A DNA stretch of 64,000 bases from Blastocatellia bacterium (GCA_963765495.1 CAVXWP010000006.1:213695-277694); one strand, 5' to 3'. Counted from the stretch's first letter, positions 54,430-63,112 are shown. The notes: generated by a model not told the origin, from the letters alone. Made by a program: numbers and translations.

Positions 54430-54848
54430 GTCAGGACATCGATAGAGAGGAAACGATTCATCAAGCAATGCCAAAAAGACCTGCTTTGGAGTCGCTGCCG
54501 AGAACGATCAATCTTCTCGCCTTCATCAGACTCACACTTCTACAATGCAGTGCTTTCAGCTATGCTCTGTCTCTGGGTTATTTGCCAAAGAGCCTCTTCA
54601 AGCCAGTTTGCCTGATAAGCCTTGGCCAAAGCAGACCTGCTTGGGAAGGAAGCTTTCGACCAGGCAAACAGCTTTTAAGCAGTCAGGAAGAAACTGCAAA
54701 GAGAAGGGAGGAAGAGGATTGGAAGATGAAAACGAGCGAAGGCGAAGAGATAAATCAGCAAGGGGAGCCGCCTAACAAGTCGATCAACCGGACCCGCAAA
54801 CCAACATCTGGTTATCCCTTCACCCACAGCGGGCCGGTTATCTCGGTG
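54424..54848 (+). other. Cassette 9, probably non-coding, family D
   Basis: 425 bp; copy at 27; nested inverted repeats. Confidence 0.7.
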
Positions 54849-54854
54849 TTAGGC
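54770..54854 (+). repeat. attC 9
   Basis: GCCTAAC...GTTAGGC. Confidence 0.92.
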
Positions 54855-55274
54855 GTCAGAACATCGATAGAGAGGAAACGACTCAGCAAGTAAGTCGAAA
54901 AGACCTGCTTTGAAATCACTGCCGAGGACGATCAACCTTCTCGCTTCGATCAGACTCTCTCTTCTCCATAACTGTGCCTTCAGCTATTCTCTGTCGCAAG
55001 GTTGGCTGGCAATGCGCCTCTTCAATCGAGATTGCCTGCACAGGCTTGGCCAAAACAGACCTGCTTGGGAAGGATGCTTTCGACCAGACAACCAGCTATC
55101 GAGCAATGAGGAAGAGGCTGTACCGAGAAGAGAAGATTAGAATCTCAGGATGAATTTGAGCAAAGAGAAAGAGATAAATCAGCAAAGGCTGCCGCCTAAC
55201 AGCCGGTTCGACCGGACCCGCAAACCAACCACTCGTTTGCATCGAAGGCCACAGCGGGCCGTTCAACCGGGACG
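54849..55274 (+). other. Cassette 10, probably non-coding, family D (divergent)
   Basis: 426 bp; collinear paralogue of 9. Confidence 0.7.
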
Positions 55275-55280
55275 TTAAGC
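55194..55280 (+). repeat. attC 10
   Basis: GCCTAAC...GTTAAGC. Confidence 0.9.
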
Positions 55281-55552
55281 GCACAGGGAAGCGATCCGTG
55301 ATAATGAGCTACACTGATCGTCAACCAAGCAATCAGACTACATGTCTACAAAGTGTACTGACACAATCACTGCGCCGCGCTACCCGATAAATCCCGGTTG
55401 AGTCGAAGCTATCTGTTGGCGCGGCTTGGCATTTCGACAGTGGTATCTTTACCGAACCTTCAAGGTGGAATGCGCCTAACTGGTCCATCAACCGGACCCG
55501 CATTCCAACCCTTCATTATCCCTCCGACCACAGCGCGCCGGTTATCTCGGCG
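55275..55552 (+). other. Cassette 11, ORF-less, family B (copy of 4)
   Basis: 278 bp. Confidence 0.8.
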
Positions 55553-55558
55553 TTAAGT
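55474..55558 (+). repeat. attC 11
   Basis: GCCTAAC...GTTAAGT. Confidence 0.9.
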
Positions 55559-55900
55559 GCGCTGGGAGTTGGTCGATGGGAATCAATCACATTGGCCGTC
55601 AAGAACGCAGCCAATATTACCTGCCTACAAATTGTGCTGTTTGACTCTCACTGGCCCTCAGATTGCAACCAGCGATCACCTTTCTTCGTCTGTCGAGTCA
55701 GCCTCACACTCCGCCGCGCTTCTTTAATAGGATAGGTCAAAGCCTCGCTAAAAGGCAAAGTGGGCCAGCGCGGCTATTACGAAGGCATTCATCTATGACG
55801 AACTTGCAAATCAGAACGCGCCTAACTGGTCCATCAACCGGACGCGCTTTCCAACTTCTCAATATCATCGGAGGCCACGGCGCGCCGGTTATCTCCGTCG
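55553..55900 (+). other. Cassette 12, ORF-less, family A
   Basis: 348 bp; third copy with different 3' end and attC. Confidence 0.8.
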
Positions 55901-55906
55901 TTAGGC
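55820..55906 (+). repeat. attC 12
   Basis: GCCTAAC...GTTAGGC. Confidence 0.92.
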
Positions 55907-56421
55907 GTCAGATCACCGACGAAAGGGAGACGACTCAGTTTGCCTTGCTGTTGAAACCTGTCCAGGCAAGTCATCGCCAGGACCCCTACTTGCTCGATTC
56001 TCTTGCCTCTTTATCCCCTTCTGCTCTGCTGTGTCTCTCATCCCTGCTCCTTCATCTGACACTTCTTTCTCCCAAAGCAGTCTTTCAGCATTGCTCATAT
56101 AAACCTGTCTGGCGAAGAAGCCTGTTCAGCCGATTGCCTGTTGAGACAAGCATCAGAGAGGCGAGTTTGGAAAAGAGGAAGTAGGCAGATCAAAAAGCTT
56201 CCCCGACGAAAGAGAGCAACACCTGTCGCACGAGAGAGGAAATGACCTGTGAGGAAGAAGAGAAACTGTGCAGAAACGAGAGATAAGAATAGGAGGGTTA
56301 TGATCAGGAAAGCTCAAGAAGGATGAATCGGCGAAGGAAGCCGCCTAACTGCTCATTCCAGCGGACGCGCATGCCACCGATTCATTATCCCTCCACCCAC
56401 AGCGCGCCGCTGAACTCGTCG
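55901..56421 (+). other. Cassette 13, ORF-less, family E
   Basis: 521 bp; pyrimidine-rich then purine-rich halves. Confidence 0.72.
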
Positions 56422-56427
56422 TTAGGC
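56343..56427 (+). repeat. attC 13
   Basis: GCCTAAC...TTCCAGCGG...CCGCTGAA...GTTAGGC. Confidence 0.92.
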
Positions 56428-56890
56428 GTCAGAATACCGCTGAACCGATACGACTCATCAAGCGGTGATAAGTTCTGGCAAGTCATCGTGAGAACTGCTA
56501 CTTGCTCGCCTCTCATCCCTCTTTCCCCATTACTACTCTCCCTGTTCACTCAACTCTCCTCCTTTAACAGATACTGTTTTCTTCCAAAGCAGGCTTCTAC
56601 CACTGCTCAAAAATAGACATGCCTATCAAAGATACCTTCATAGGGCAATAGCCTGTTGAGGGGAGTGGCAGACAAGAGTGATTGGTAAAGCGAAACTGGC
56701 ACATCAAGCTGCTTTCCCGACAATATCAGGAAAAGCAATTGCCGGAAGAGAGACTGAGAAAGGAGAGATTATAGTCAGCAAAGAGGAAGAAAATGAAACG
56801 AAGAAAGAGCCGCCTAACTGCTCATTCCAGCGGACGCGCATTCCACCGTTTCGTGTTCCGCCAGCTACCAGCGCGCCGCTGAACTCGTCG
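56422..56890 (+). other. Cassette 14, ORF-less, family E
   Basis: 469 bp; central block homologous to 20 and 13. Confidence 0.72.
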
Positions 56891-56896
56891 TTAGGC
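56812..56896 (+). repeat. attC 14
   Basis: GCCTAAC...GTTAGGC. Confidence 0.92.
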
Positions 56897-56941
56897 TTCC
56901 GCAGTGATTTGACATTTCCAAAGTCAGACTATTCCAATTCT

Positions 56942-56995
56942 TGCTATAATCTTGAACTTGGTTCAAGTTGCCATTGCGTATTATACCCGTAGAGT
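56942..56995 (+). promoter_or_regulatory. Cassette-internal promoter candidates
   Basis: Extended -10 TGcTATAAT 56942-50; TTGCCA-N16-TAGAGT 56968-95. Confidence 0.5.
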
Positions 56996-57001
56996 TTAAA
57001 C

Positions 57002-57502
57002 ATGGCTGAAACTAAAACGACATTTGCCTCCAAGCCATACAATGAGGGACCAGCCTTCCTGTCTTTAGAATTCGGGATTTTGTCTCCTCAGGTTACTGCT
57101 ATTGACGAAGCTATACAAGCCTTTCAAGTTGACGTTTGGCAAATTGAAAATGAGACAACCCATCATCTCGTTGTAAATGCCTATTATCCAGAGCTTGAAC
57201 GGGATTTATGCGATCAACTTGGTCCTCGTTTAGCCAAGTATTTTGGCGATGTAATCGTCTCTTTTACGGTGAGTGATGAAGATGGAAAAGCAAATTTCTA
57301 TATATCGTCGCTTCCATCAGAAAAGGGTTGGCTGCTATCCGTGGCAAGTGCAATCGCAGTCGTAAAACGATCCTGTGGTTGGGAAGAAAAGGAGATAATT
57401 CGGATTCTATGTGAAAACACGGGAGAAAGTATCGAGGTGAAAAATCCGAGGAACGAAGAGAATCACTTTGTGGTAGAGGTATATCCCGAGGAAGAAGCCT
57501 AA
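57002..57502 (+). CDS. Cassette 15: hypothetical protein
   Basis: 166 aa, stop lies in attC GCCTAAC. Confidence 0.78.
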   Translation: MAETKTTFASKPYNEGPAFLSLEFGILSPQVTAIDEAIQAFQVDVWQIENETTHHLVVNAYYPELERDLCDQLGPRLAKYFGDVIVSFTVSDEDGKANFYISSLPSEKGWLLSVASAIAVVKRSCGWEEKEIIRILCENTGESIEVKNPRNEENHFVVEVYPEEEA

Positions 57503-57581
57503 CTGCTCAATCAACCGGACGCGCATTCCAACGCTTCATTATTCCTCAGCCGCCAGCGCGCCGGTTATCTCGGCGTTAGGC
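57497..57581 (+). repeat. attC 15
   Basis: GCCTAAC...GTTAGGC. Confidence 0.92.
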
Positions 57582-57837
57582 TCGCGGGGAAATTTCCTGA
57601 CCAACAGCAACGACACAGAGGCGGAAAAAAGAGTGAACAATGTCATAGTAACTAAACGACGCAGTCACAAAGCAGCGAGTCAAGATTGGGGCCGCGCCTC
57701 CCGATATGCCTTGATTGAATTGCCCAGAAAGCCGAGCGCGGCCAACGACAAAGGCGCGCCTAACATGGGCATTCAACGGACCCGCATACCAGCGTCTCGT
57801 TATCCCTTCGCCCACAGCGGGCCGCTGATTCCCGGCG
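57576..57837 (+). other. Cassette 16, ORF-less, family C (copy of 8)
   Basis: 262 bp. Confidence 0.75.
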
Positions 57838-57843
57838 TTAGGC
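57758..57843 (+). repeat. attC 16
   Basis: GCCTAAC...GTTAGGC. Confidence 0.9.
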
Positions 57844-57920
57844 TCCCGCTGTCAGTCTGCGATACTATGCATGAATGAGTTTTTGGCCAATCATTTTATC
57901 AATTCCTGGGCTAACCTAAT

Positions 57921-57949
57921 TTGATTATGTATCTGGTTACATCTAGAAT
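57921..57949 (+). promoter_or_regulatory. Cassette-internal sigma70-like promoter
   Basis: TTGATT-N17-TAGAAT. Confidence 0.58.
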
Positions 57950-58014
57950 TAAGACTCTTTAGACCCTATATTCCGTAGTTTGGTGTAATCACCAATAGAA
58001 GGAGCTTGAGGATT

Positions 58015-58947
58015 ATGTATCATGATAAGTGCTGGCTTCTCACATTTTCAATTTTTCTAATTCTCTTCTTGACAGGCATAAAGATCAGCGTCAAATGTCA
58101 GAACAACCAGTCAGATAATTTGACGATATTAAATGTTCTCGTCCTCGATTCACAGGGCCGTCCAGTCCTGGATGTCAAGCAAGATGATATGCGCATTCTG
58201 GAGGATGGCACTCCCCAAGAAATCACGTACTTCTCAAAGGATGAACTTCCACTCAGGTACTGCATAGTAGTTGATACATCCGGCTCAATGAACAGGGTGA
58301 ACAACCGAAATCTAAATGTGGCTAAAGCAGTACTTAACAATCACAAGTCTACTGATGAGGTAGCATTAATTGAATTCAAGGACCAGCCTGAACTATTAAC
58401 GAAGTTTACACCAGATAAGGAAGTTGTTGCCAAAACGATTGAGAGTTTGCGAGGTAGAGCATCACGTCCGGCAGCCCTGCTTGATGCCGTATATCTTGCT
58501 TTGCAGTATGTAAGTGACTACAAGCCTGAAGATCGGTCGAATCGCCGAGCATTGATCCTAATTACCGATGGCCTCGACCATGAGAGCTATTATACACTTG
58601 GTGAATTGCGAAAACGGATTGACCAAGCATACATTCAAATTTTTGTCATCAAGATAGACTTGGCTGAACTTGATAAATCGCACAAGCCGTCTGGACCACA
58701 AGCACAAAAGTGGATGCTAAAAGAGATTGCAAAAGAGAGTGGTGGCCTGTTGCTTACTCCAAAGGAAGCTGAATTGGAACAGGTAGCTGAAGGAATTCTA
58801 TCGACCTTAAGAAAGCAGTACGTAATTGGTTACAAGCCAAATCGAAGGAAGAAGAAAGATTCTCACGAGGTCAAAGTTAATATAAGCGATATACCTGGAG
58901 GTGCAAAACGGACGGCAATAGTGCGGACGGAATATTTGGATAAGTAA
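58015..58947 (+). CDS. Cassette 17: secreted VWA domain protein (acidobacterial VWFA type)
   Basis: MIDAS DTSGSM, LILITDG.D, EDG.PQ.I, QYVIGY.P; alternative start 58006. Confidence 0.88.
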   Translation: MYHDKCWLLTFSIFLILFLTGIKISVKCQNNQSDNLTILNVLVLDSQGRPVLDVKQDDMRILEDGTPQEITYFSKDELPLRYCIVVDTSGSMNRVNNRNLNVAKAVLNNHKSTDEVALIEFKDQPELLTKFTPDKEVVAKTIESLRGRASRPAALLDAVYLALQYVSDYKPEDRSNRRALILITDGLDHESYYTLGELRKRIDQAYIQIFVIKIDLAELDKSHKPSGPQAQKWMLKEIAKESGGLLLTPKEAELEQVAEGILSTLRKQYVIGYKPNRRKKKDSHEVKVNISDIPGGAKRTAIVRTEYLDK

Positions 58948-58999
58948 AAGGTTGAGGATGATTTGTTGAAGGGAGGTAATCTTCACTCGTGCGGACCAA

Positions 59000-59084
59000 G
59001 CCTAACTGCTCATTCCAGCGGACGCGCGTGCTAACGTCTCGTGTTCCACCATCTACCAGCGCGCCGCTGAACTCGTCGTTAGGC
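59000..59084 (+). repeat. attC 17
   Basis: GCCTAAC...GTTAGGC. Confidence 0.92.
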
Positions 59085-59199
59085 TTACATTGTCGCTCTG
59101 AATTCTGGATTCAACTTCTCCTCTCTCTTTGTTTTATCGGTTTTGATTTCACCGCTTCTGAGGTAAACTGATTATCCTAAACACTTTGCGGAGTCGCTT

Positions 59200-59568
59200 A
59201 TGCTCAGAGTTGTTAAAGTCCTATTCTTCTTTCTGTTGGCATCTTCGATTGCCATATTTGGCACAGCAGCTTGGCTGGACGAAACAAAACAAGATTGGAC
59301 AGTAAACCTTGTTGAAGGTTCACCTCAACATTATCCACAGGTATGTCCACTACATTCTGTCGAGATGAAATGGGATAGGGTTCCCATTATTTACGGTTTG
59401 CTTATCAATAGCCCGAATGATTTGAAGAATTATCCTCACTCAAACAAATGGGTAGGGGGTGGTTGTCTTGGAGGCGGCGAACCACGCTATGCATTAATTC
59501 GCTATTGTCCTGAATGCCGGAATATAGAAAAAGGAATGAGCAAAGTATTGGCTGATGAAGGCAAATGA
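59200..59568 (+). CDS. Cassette 18: small exported Cys-motif protein
   Basis: Signal/TM, CPLH...VPIIYG...GGC...YCPEC; GGAG RBS. Confidence 0.75.
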   Translation: MLRVVKVLFFFLLASSIAIFGTAAWLDETKQDWTVNLVEGSPQHYPQVCPLHSVEMKWDRVPIIYGLLINSPNDLKNYPHSNKWVGGGCLGGGEPRYALIRYCPECRNIEKGMSKVLADEGK

Positions 59569-59576
59569 AGGAACCA

Positions 59577-59661
59577 GCCTAACTGCTCATTCCAGCGGAC
59601 GCGCTTTCCACCTATCCATTTTCCCTTTGCTACCAGCGCGCCGCTGAACTCGTCGTTAGGC
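59577..59661 (+). repeat. attC 18
   Basis: GCCTAAC...GTTAGGC. Confidence 0.92.
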
Positions 59662-59740
59662 TCGCTCGGTAATCCGATATTTCTTGGTTTGGACAAACCA
59701 ACAAACATTTCATTTTTCTCAAATTCGGGATAGATTCAAA

Positions 59741-59769
59741 TTGAATAACTGCTTGATTCCGTATAGAAT
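59741..59769 (+). promoter_or_regulatory. Cassette-internal sigma70-like promoter
   Basis: TTGAAT-N17-TAGAAT. Confidence 0.62.
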
Positions 59770-59807
59770 CTGCACTCTTCTCTTAATCTTCTCGTAATTG
59801 TGCGTTA

Positions 59808-60545
59808 ATGAGGTCCACACCTATGATTCTTGAGATTTCGTCTTGGGTCGCAGAAGGCTTGTTTGGCGCAATTGTGCATGGCGGACGTAGACTGCGCCTC
59901 CTTTTTACCCTGGCCGCTTCTTCTATTGGCCTCGCCATAGTTTGTGCAATAGTGGCAGAGAATCTTCCGAATCAAAAACCACTCTTGAATATAGTGGCCG
60001 GAATCCTCGGTGTTATTGGAGCAATGCTCATCATTGGAATTGCAGGCTATCAGCGTGTCCTAATTGCAAGCGAGCACCAGGAAGTGATAAAGAGAGTAGA
60101 AGAACGTGTTAGAGAACACCCAAATGAGCCACAGGCAGCTTGGGAGCTTGCAAGAATCAAACTCGAAATCTACTTAAATCGGAATCTGGCTCAAATCCGT
60201 TGGATTTTCTTTCGATGCCTACTGGTAATTACTGCTGGTTTCATCGTTATTGGCTATGGAACTATTCAAGTCTATAAATCTCCTGATAATTTTCAACCAT
60301 CAATTGTCGTCACTTTAGCTGGAATAATTGTAGAGTTTATTGCAGCAACTTTTTTGCTAATTTATAAGTCCACGATGGAACAAGCTAGAGATTATGTCAA
60401 CATCCTTGAAAGAATCAATGCTGTTGGAATGTCTGTTCAGATACTCGAAAGTATGGAGTCTGATGATACAGGATTGAGAGATAAAACTCGTGCTGAAATT
60501 GCGGCTGGACTTCTCTCACTTTATGGTTTGACGCGGGGCAAATGA
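59808..60545 (+). CDS. Cassette 19: 4-TM membrane protein, resembles TRADD-N-associated membrane domain
   Basis: Y..RNLAQ.RWIF...GF, GII.EFIAATFL.IY..T..QA pattern; family recognised by eye. Confidence 0.72.
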   Translation: MRSTPMILEISSWVAEGLFGAIVHGGRRLRLLFTLAASSIGLAIVCAIVAENLPNQKPLLNIVAGILGVIGAMLIIGIAGYQRVLIASEHQEVIKRVEERVREHPNEPQAAWELARIKLEIYLNRNLAQIRWIFFRCLLVITAGFIVIGYGTIQVYKSPDNFQPSIVVTLAGIIVEFIAATFLLIYKSTMEQARDYVNILERINAVGMSVQILESMESDDTGLRDKTRAEIAAGLLSLYGLTRGK

Positions 60546-60566
60546 CTTGCATCGACAAGGGGCCAA

Positions 60567-60651
60567 GCCTAACTGCTCATTCCAGCGGACGCGCATGCCA
60601 ACTGCTCGCGTTCCATCAGCTACCGGCGCGCCGCTGAACTCGTCGTTAGGC
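60567..60651 (+). repeat. attC 19
   Basis: GCCTAAC...GTTAGGC. Confidence 0.92.
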
Positions 60652-61086
60652 GTCAGATCACCGATGAAAGGGAAACGACTCAACAAGCAACGCTACGAAA
60701 ACCAGTTCAGGCGAGTCATAGCGAGGAGAGCCTCTTGCTCGCTTCTCTCTTCTCTTGTTCCTTCATATGATATTTCTTCCAAACGATTGTTCAGCATTGC
60801 TCAATGATAAACCCACCTCGAAAAGATACCTTCGCATGGCAATTGCCTGTTGAGGAATGTGGCAGGACAAACCTGATTGGAAAAGACGAACTTGGCACAT
60901 CAAGCTGCTTTCTAAGCAATAGCAGGAAAACCTATCTCAGAAAGTGAGGCTGAGAATTGGAGGATCAGGGCCAGCAAAACTCAAGTAATGAAAGCAGGCA
61001 AGGGACCGCCTAACTGCTCAATCAACCGGACCCGCATACCAACTCCTCGTTATTCCTTCGGCCACAGCGGGCCGGTTATCTCGGTG
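60646..61086 (+). other. Cassette 20, ORF-less, family E
   Basis: 441 bp; 5' end like 13, centre like 14. Confidence 0.72.
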
Positions 61087-61092
61087 TTAGAC
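61008..61092 (+). repeat. attC 20
   Basis: GCCTAAC...GTTAGAC. Confidence 0.92.
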
Positions 61093-61116
61093 AGCTGACG
61101 TCATGGTGACTTTCAA

Positions 61117-61482
61117 GTGATGGATGACCGATTGAGACAACTTCTCGAATCTAAACAAAGCGACCCACTTGTCTTGGATTGTCTTGACAGGATTAAGAGA
61201 CAAGGTGAATACCGATACTTCAAGACAAGTCCACTTCTCATCGCTGACGTTGCTCGCGTCTGCTCTGTGCGCGCAGCAATAAACAAAGGGAGGGACGTAT
61301 CGAGGACTGAGGGGTTTGATGAGCTTCTATCATCGTTGAAAGGAGCAGATGGACAAACAATAGAAGTACACTCAATAGAGCTCAAGTCAGTTTGGTTTAC
61401 AATACTCACTGACCAGTCTATAGAATCGCTCTTCGGTATTTTGAGGTCGCCGAAAGAGCAGGCAAAATGGTTTGAGCAATGA
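61117..61482 (+). CDS. Cassette 21: hypothetical protein
   Basis: 121 aa, fills cassette; identical copy at 62180. Confidence 0.72.
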   Translation: MMDDRLRQLLESKQSDPLVLDCLDRIKRQGEYRYFKTSPLLIADVARVCSVRAAINKGRDVSRTEGFDELLSSLKGADGQTIEVHSIELKSVWFTILTDQSIESLFGILRSPKEQAKWFEQ

Positions 61483-61525
61483 GAGAAAAACAAAAGACCA
61501 AAGAATGCTCGCAGGAAAAGACGCC

Positions 61526-61612
61526 GTCTAACAACCGGTTCGACCGGACCCGCAATCCAACCACTCGCTTGAAGGGGAGGCCACAGCGGGCCGTTCAACC
61601 GGGGCGTTAGGC
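61526..61612 (+). repeat. attC 21
   Basis: GTCTAAC...GTTAGGC. Confidence 0.9.
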
Positions 61613-61887
61613 GCACAGGAAAGCCATCCGTGAAAATGAGGCATACTACTCGTCTACGAAGCAATCAGACTAATTGCCTGCCAACAGTGCTGACACAATC
61701 AGTCCGCCGCGCCCTCCTATATTTGCTGATTGAAAAGCAAATCAACACTGGGCGCGCCTTGGCAGAGGGGAACGAGTAACTCTATTGAACCTACAAGGTG
61801 GAATGCGCCTAACTGGTCCATCAACCGGACGCGCTTTCCAACTACTCATTTGTATCGAGGCCCACAGCGCGCCGGTTATCTCCGGCG
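61607..61887 (+). other. Cassette 22, ORF-less, family B
   Basis: 281 bp; copy at 25. Confidence 0.78.
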
Positions 61888-61893
61888 TTAGGC
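61807..61893 (+). repeat. attC 22
   Basis: GCCTAAC...GTTAGGC. Confidence 0.92.
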
Positions 61894-62149
61894 TCGCGGG
61901 AAAGTACCTGACCAACAGCAACGAATTGGATGCAAAGGTATTTCGGACAACAAGACCATGATGACGAAAAGGTCAAAACACCAAGCAAGGAGTTAAGGTT
62001 GGGGCCGCGCCAATCGAGGCAGACTGATTTGCTCGAAATAAGCGCCGAGCGCGGCCAAAGACAAAGGCGGGCCTAACAGGTCGATCAACCGGACCCGCAT
62101 GCCAACCTCTCGTTATCCCTTTGCCCACGGCGGGCCGGTTATCTCCGCG
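61888..62149 (+). other. Cassette 23, ORF-less, family C (copy of 3)
   Basis: 262 bp. Confidence 0.78.
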
Positions 62150-62155
62150 TTAGAC
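62071..62155 (+). repeat. attC 23
   Basis: GCCTAAC...GTTAGAC. Confidence 0.92.
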
Positions 62156-62179
62156 AGCTGACGTCATGGTGACTTTCAA

Positions 62180-62545
62180 GTGATGGATGACCGATTGAGA
62201 CAACTTCTCGAATCTAAACAAAGCGACCCACTTGTCTTGGATTGTCTTGACAGGATTAAGAGACAAGGTGAATACCGATACTTCAAGACAAGTCCACTTC
62301 TCATCGCTGACGTTGCTCGCGTCTGCTCTGTGCGCGCAGCAATAAACAAAGGGAGGGACGTATCGAGGACTGAGGGGTTTGATGAGCTTCTATCATCGTT
62401 GAAAGGAGCAGATGGACAAACAATAGAAGTACACTCAATAGAGCTCAAGTCAGTTTGGTTTACAATACTCACTGACCAGTCTATAGAATCGCTCTTCGGT
62501 ATTTTGAGGTCGCCGAAAGAGCAGGCAAAATGGTTTGAGCAATGA
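62180..62545 (+). CDS. Cassette 24: hypothetical protein (copy of 21)
   Basis: Identical translation to 61117-61482. Confidence 0.72.
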   Translation: MMDDRLRQLLESKQSDPLVLDCLDRIKRQGEYRYFKTSPLLIADVARVCSVRAAINKGRDVSRTEGFDELLSSLKGADGQTIEVHSIELKSVWFTILTDQSIESLFGILRSPKEQAKWFEQ

Positions 62546-62588
62546 GAGAAAAACAAAAGACCAAAGAATGCTCGCAGGAAAAGACGCC

Positions 62589-62675
62589 GTCTAACAACCG
62601 GTTCGACCGGACCCGCAATCCAACCACTCGCTTGAAGGGGAGGCCACAGCGGGCCGTTCAACCGGGGCGTTAAGC
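62589..62675 (+). repeat. attC 24
   Basis: GTCTAAC...GTTAAGC. Confidence 0.9.
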
Positions 62676-62950
62676 GCACAGGAAAGCCATCCGTGAAAAA
62701 GAGGCATACTACTCGTCTATGAAGCAATCAGACTAATTGCCTGCCAACAGTGCTGACACAATCAGTCCGCCGCGCCCTCCTATATTTGCTGATTGAAAAG
62801 CAAATCAACACTGGGCGCGCCTTGGCAGAGGGGAACGAGTAACTCTATTGAACCTACAAGGTGGAATGCGCCTAACTGGTCCATCAACCGGACGCGCATA
62901 CCAATGTCTCGCTTGCATTGCAGGCCACAGCGCGCCGGTTATCTCCGTCG
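62670..62950 (+). other. Cassette 25, ORF-less, family B (copy of 22)
   Basis: 281 bp. Confidence 0.78.
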
Positions 62951-62956
62951 TTAGGC
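62870..62956 (+). repeat. attC 25
   Basis: GCCTAAC...GTTAGGC. Confidence 0.92.
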
Positions 62957-63034
62957 TCGCTCGACCTCCCGTTGCTTCTTGGTTTGGAGAAAACTGAGAC
63001 TCTTCGAATTTCCTGATTGCTCTGGCCGCTTCAA

Positions 63035-63063
63035 TTGAATATCAAACCGATTCTTCGTAGAAT
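63035..63063 (+). promoter_or_regulatory. Cassette-internal sigma70-like promoter
   Basis: TTGAAT-N17-TAGAAT. Confidence 0.62.
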
Positions 63064-63112
63064 CAATTTTCTTTATGACTACTAAATCTCAGTTTGGCCG
63101 CAGGAGGGAGCT

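Noticed and set aside
54468-54776. Plus-strand ORF MPKRPALESLPRT... in family D
   Set aside because: No stop before attC in 9 and 27; cassette 10 lacks the ATG and has an earlier TAG. Not fully excluded, but weak.
51122-57878. ORF-track proteins over the ORF-less cassettes (e.g. 51122-51451, 54162-54464, 54219-54893, 55663-56184, 57576-57815)
   Set aside because: They run through attC sites into neighbouring cassettes, lack RBSs, and are broken by 1-nt indels or stops in paralogues.
61113-62727. Minus-strand 183-aa ORFs over cassettes 21 and 24
   Set aside because: Antisense shadows that begin in the next cassette and cross attC.
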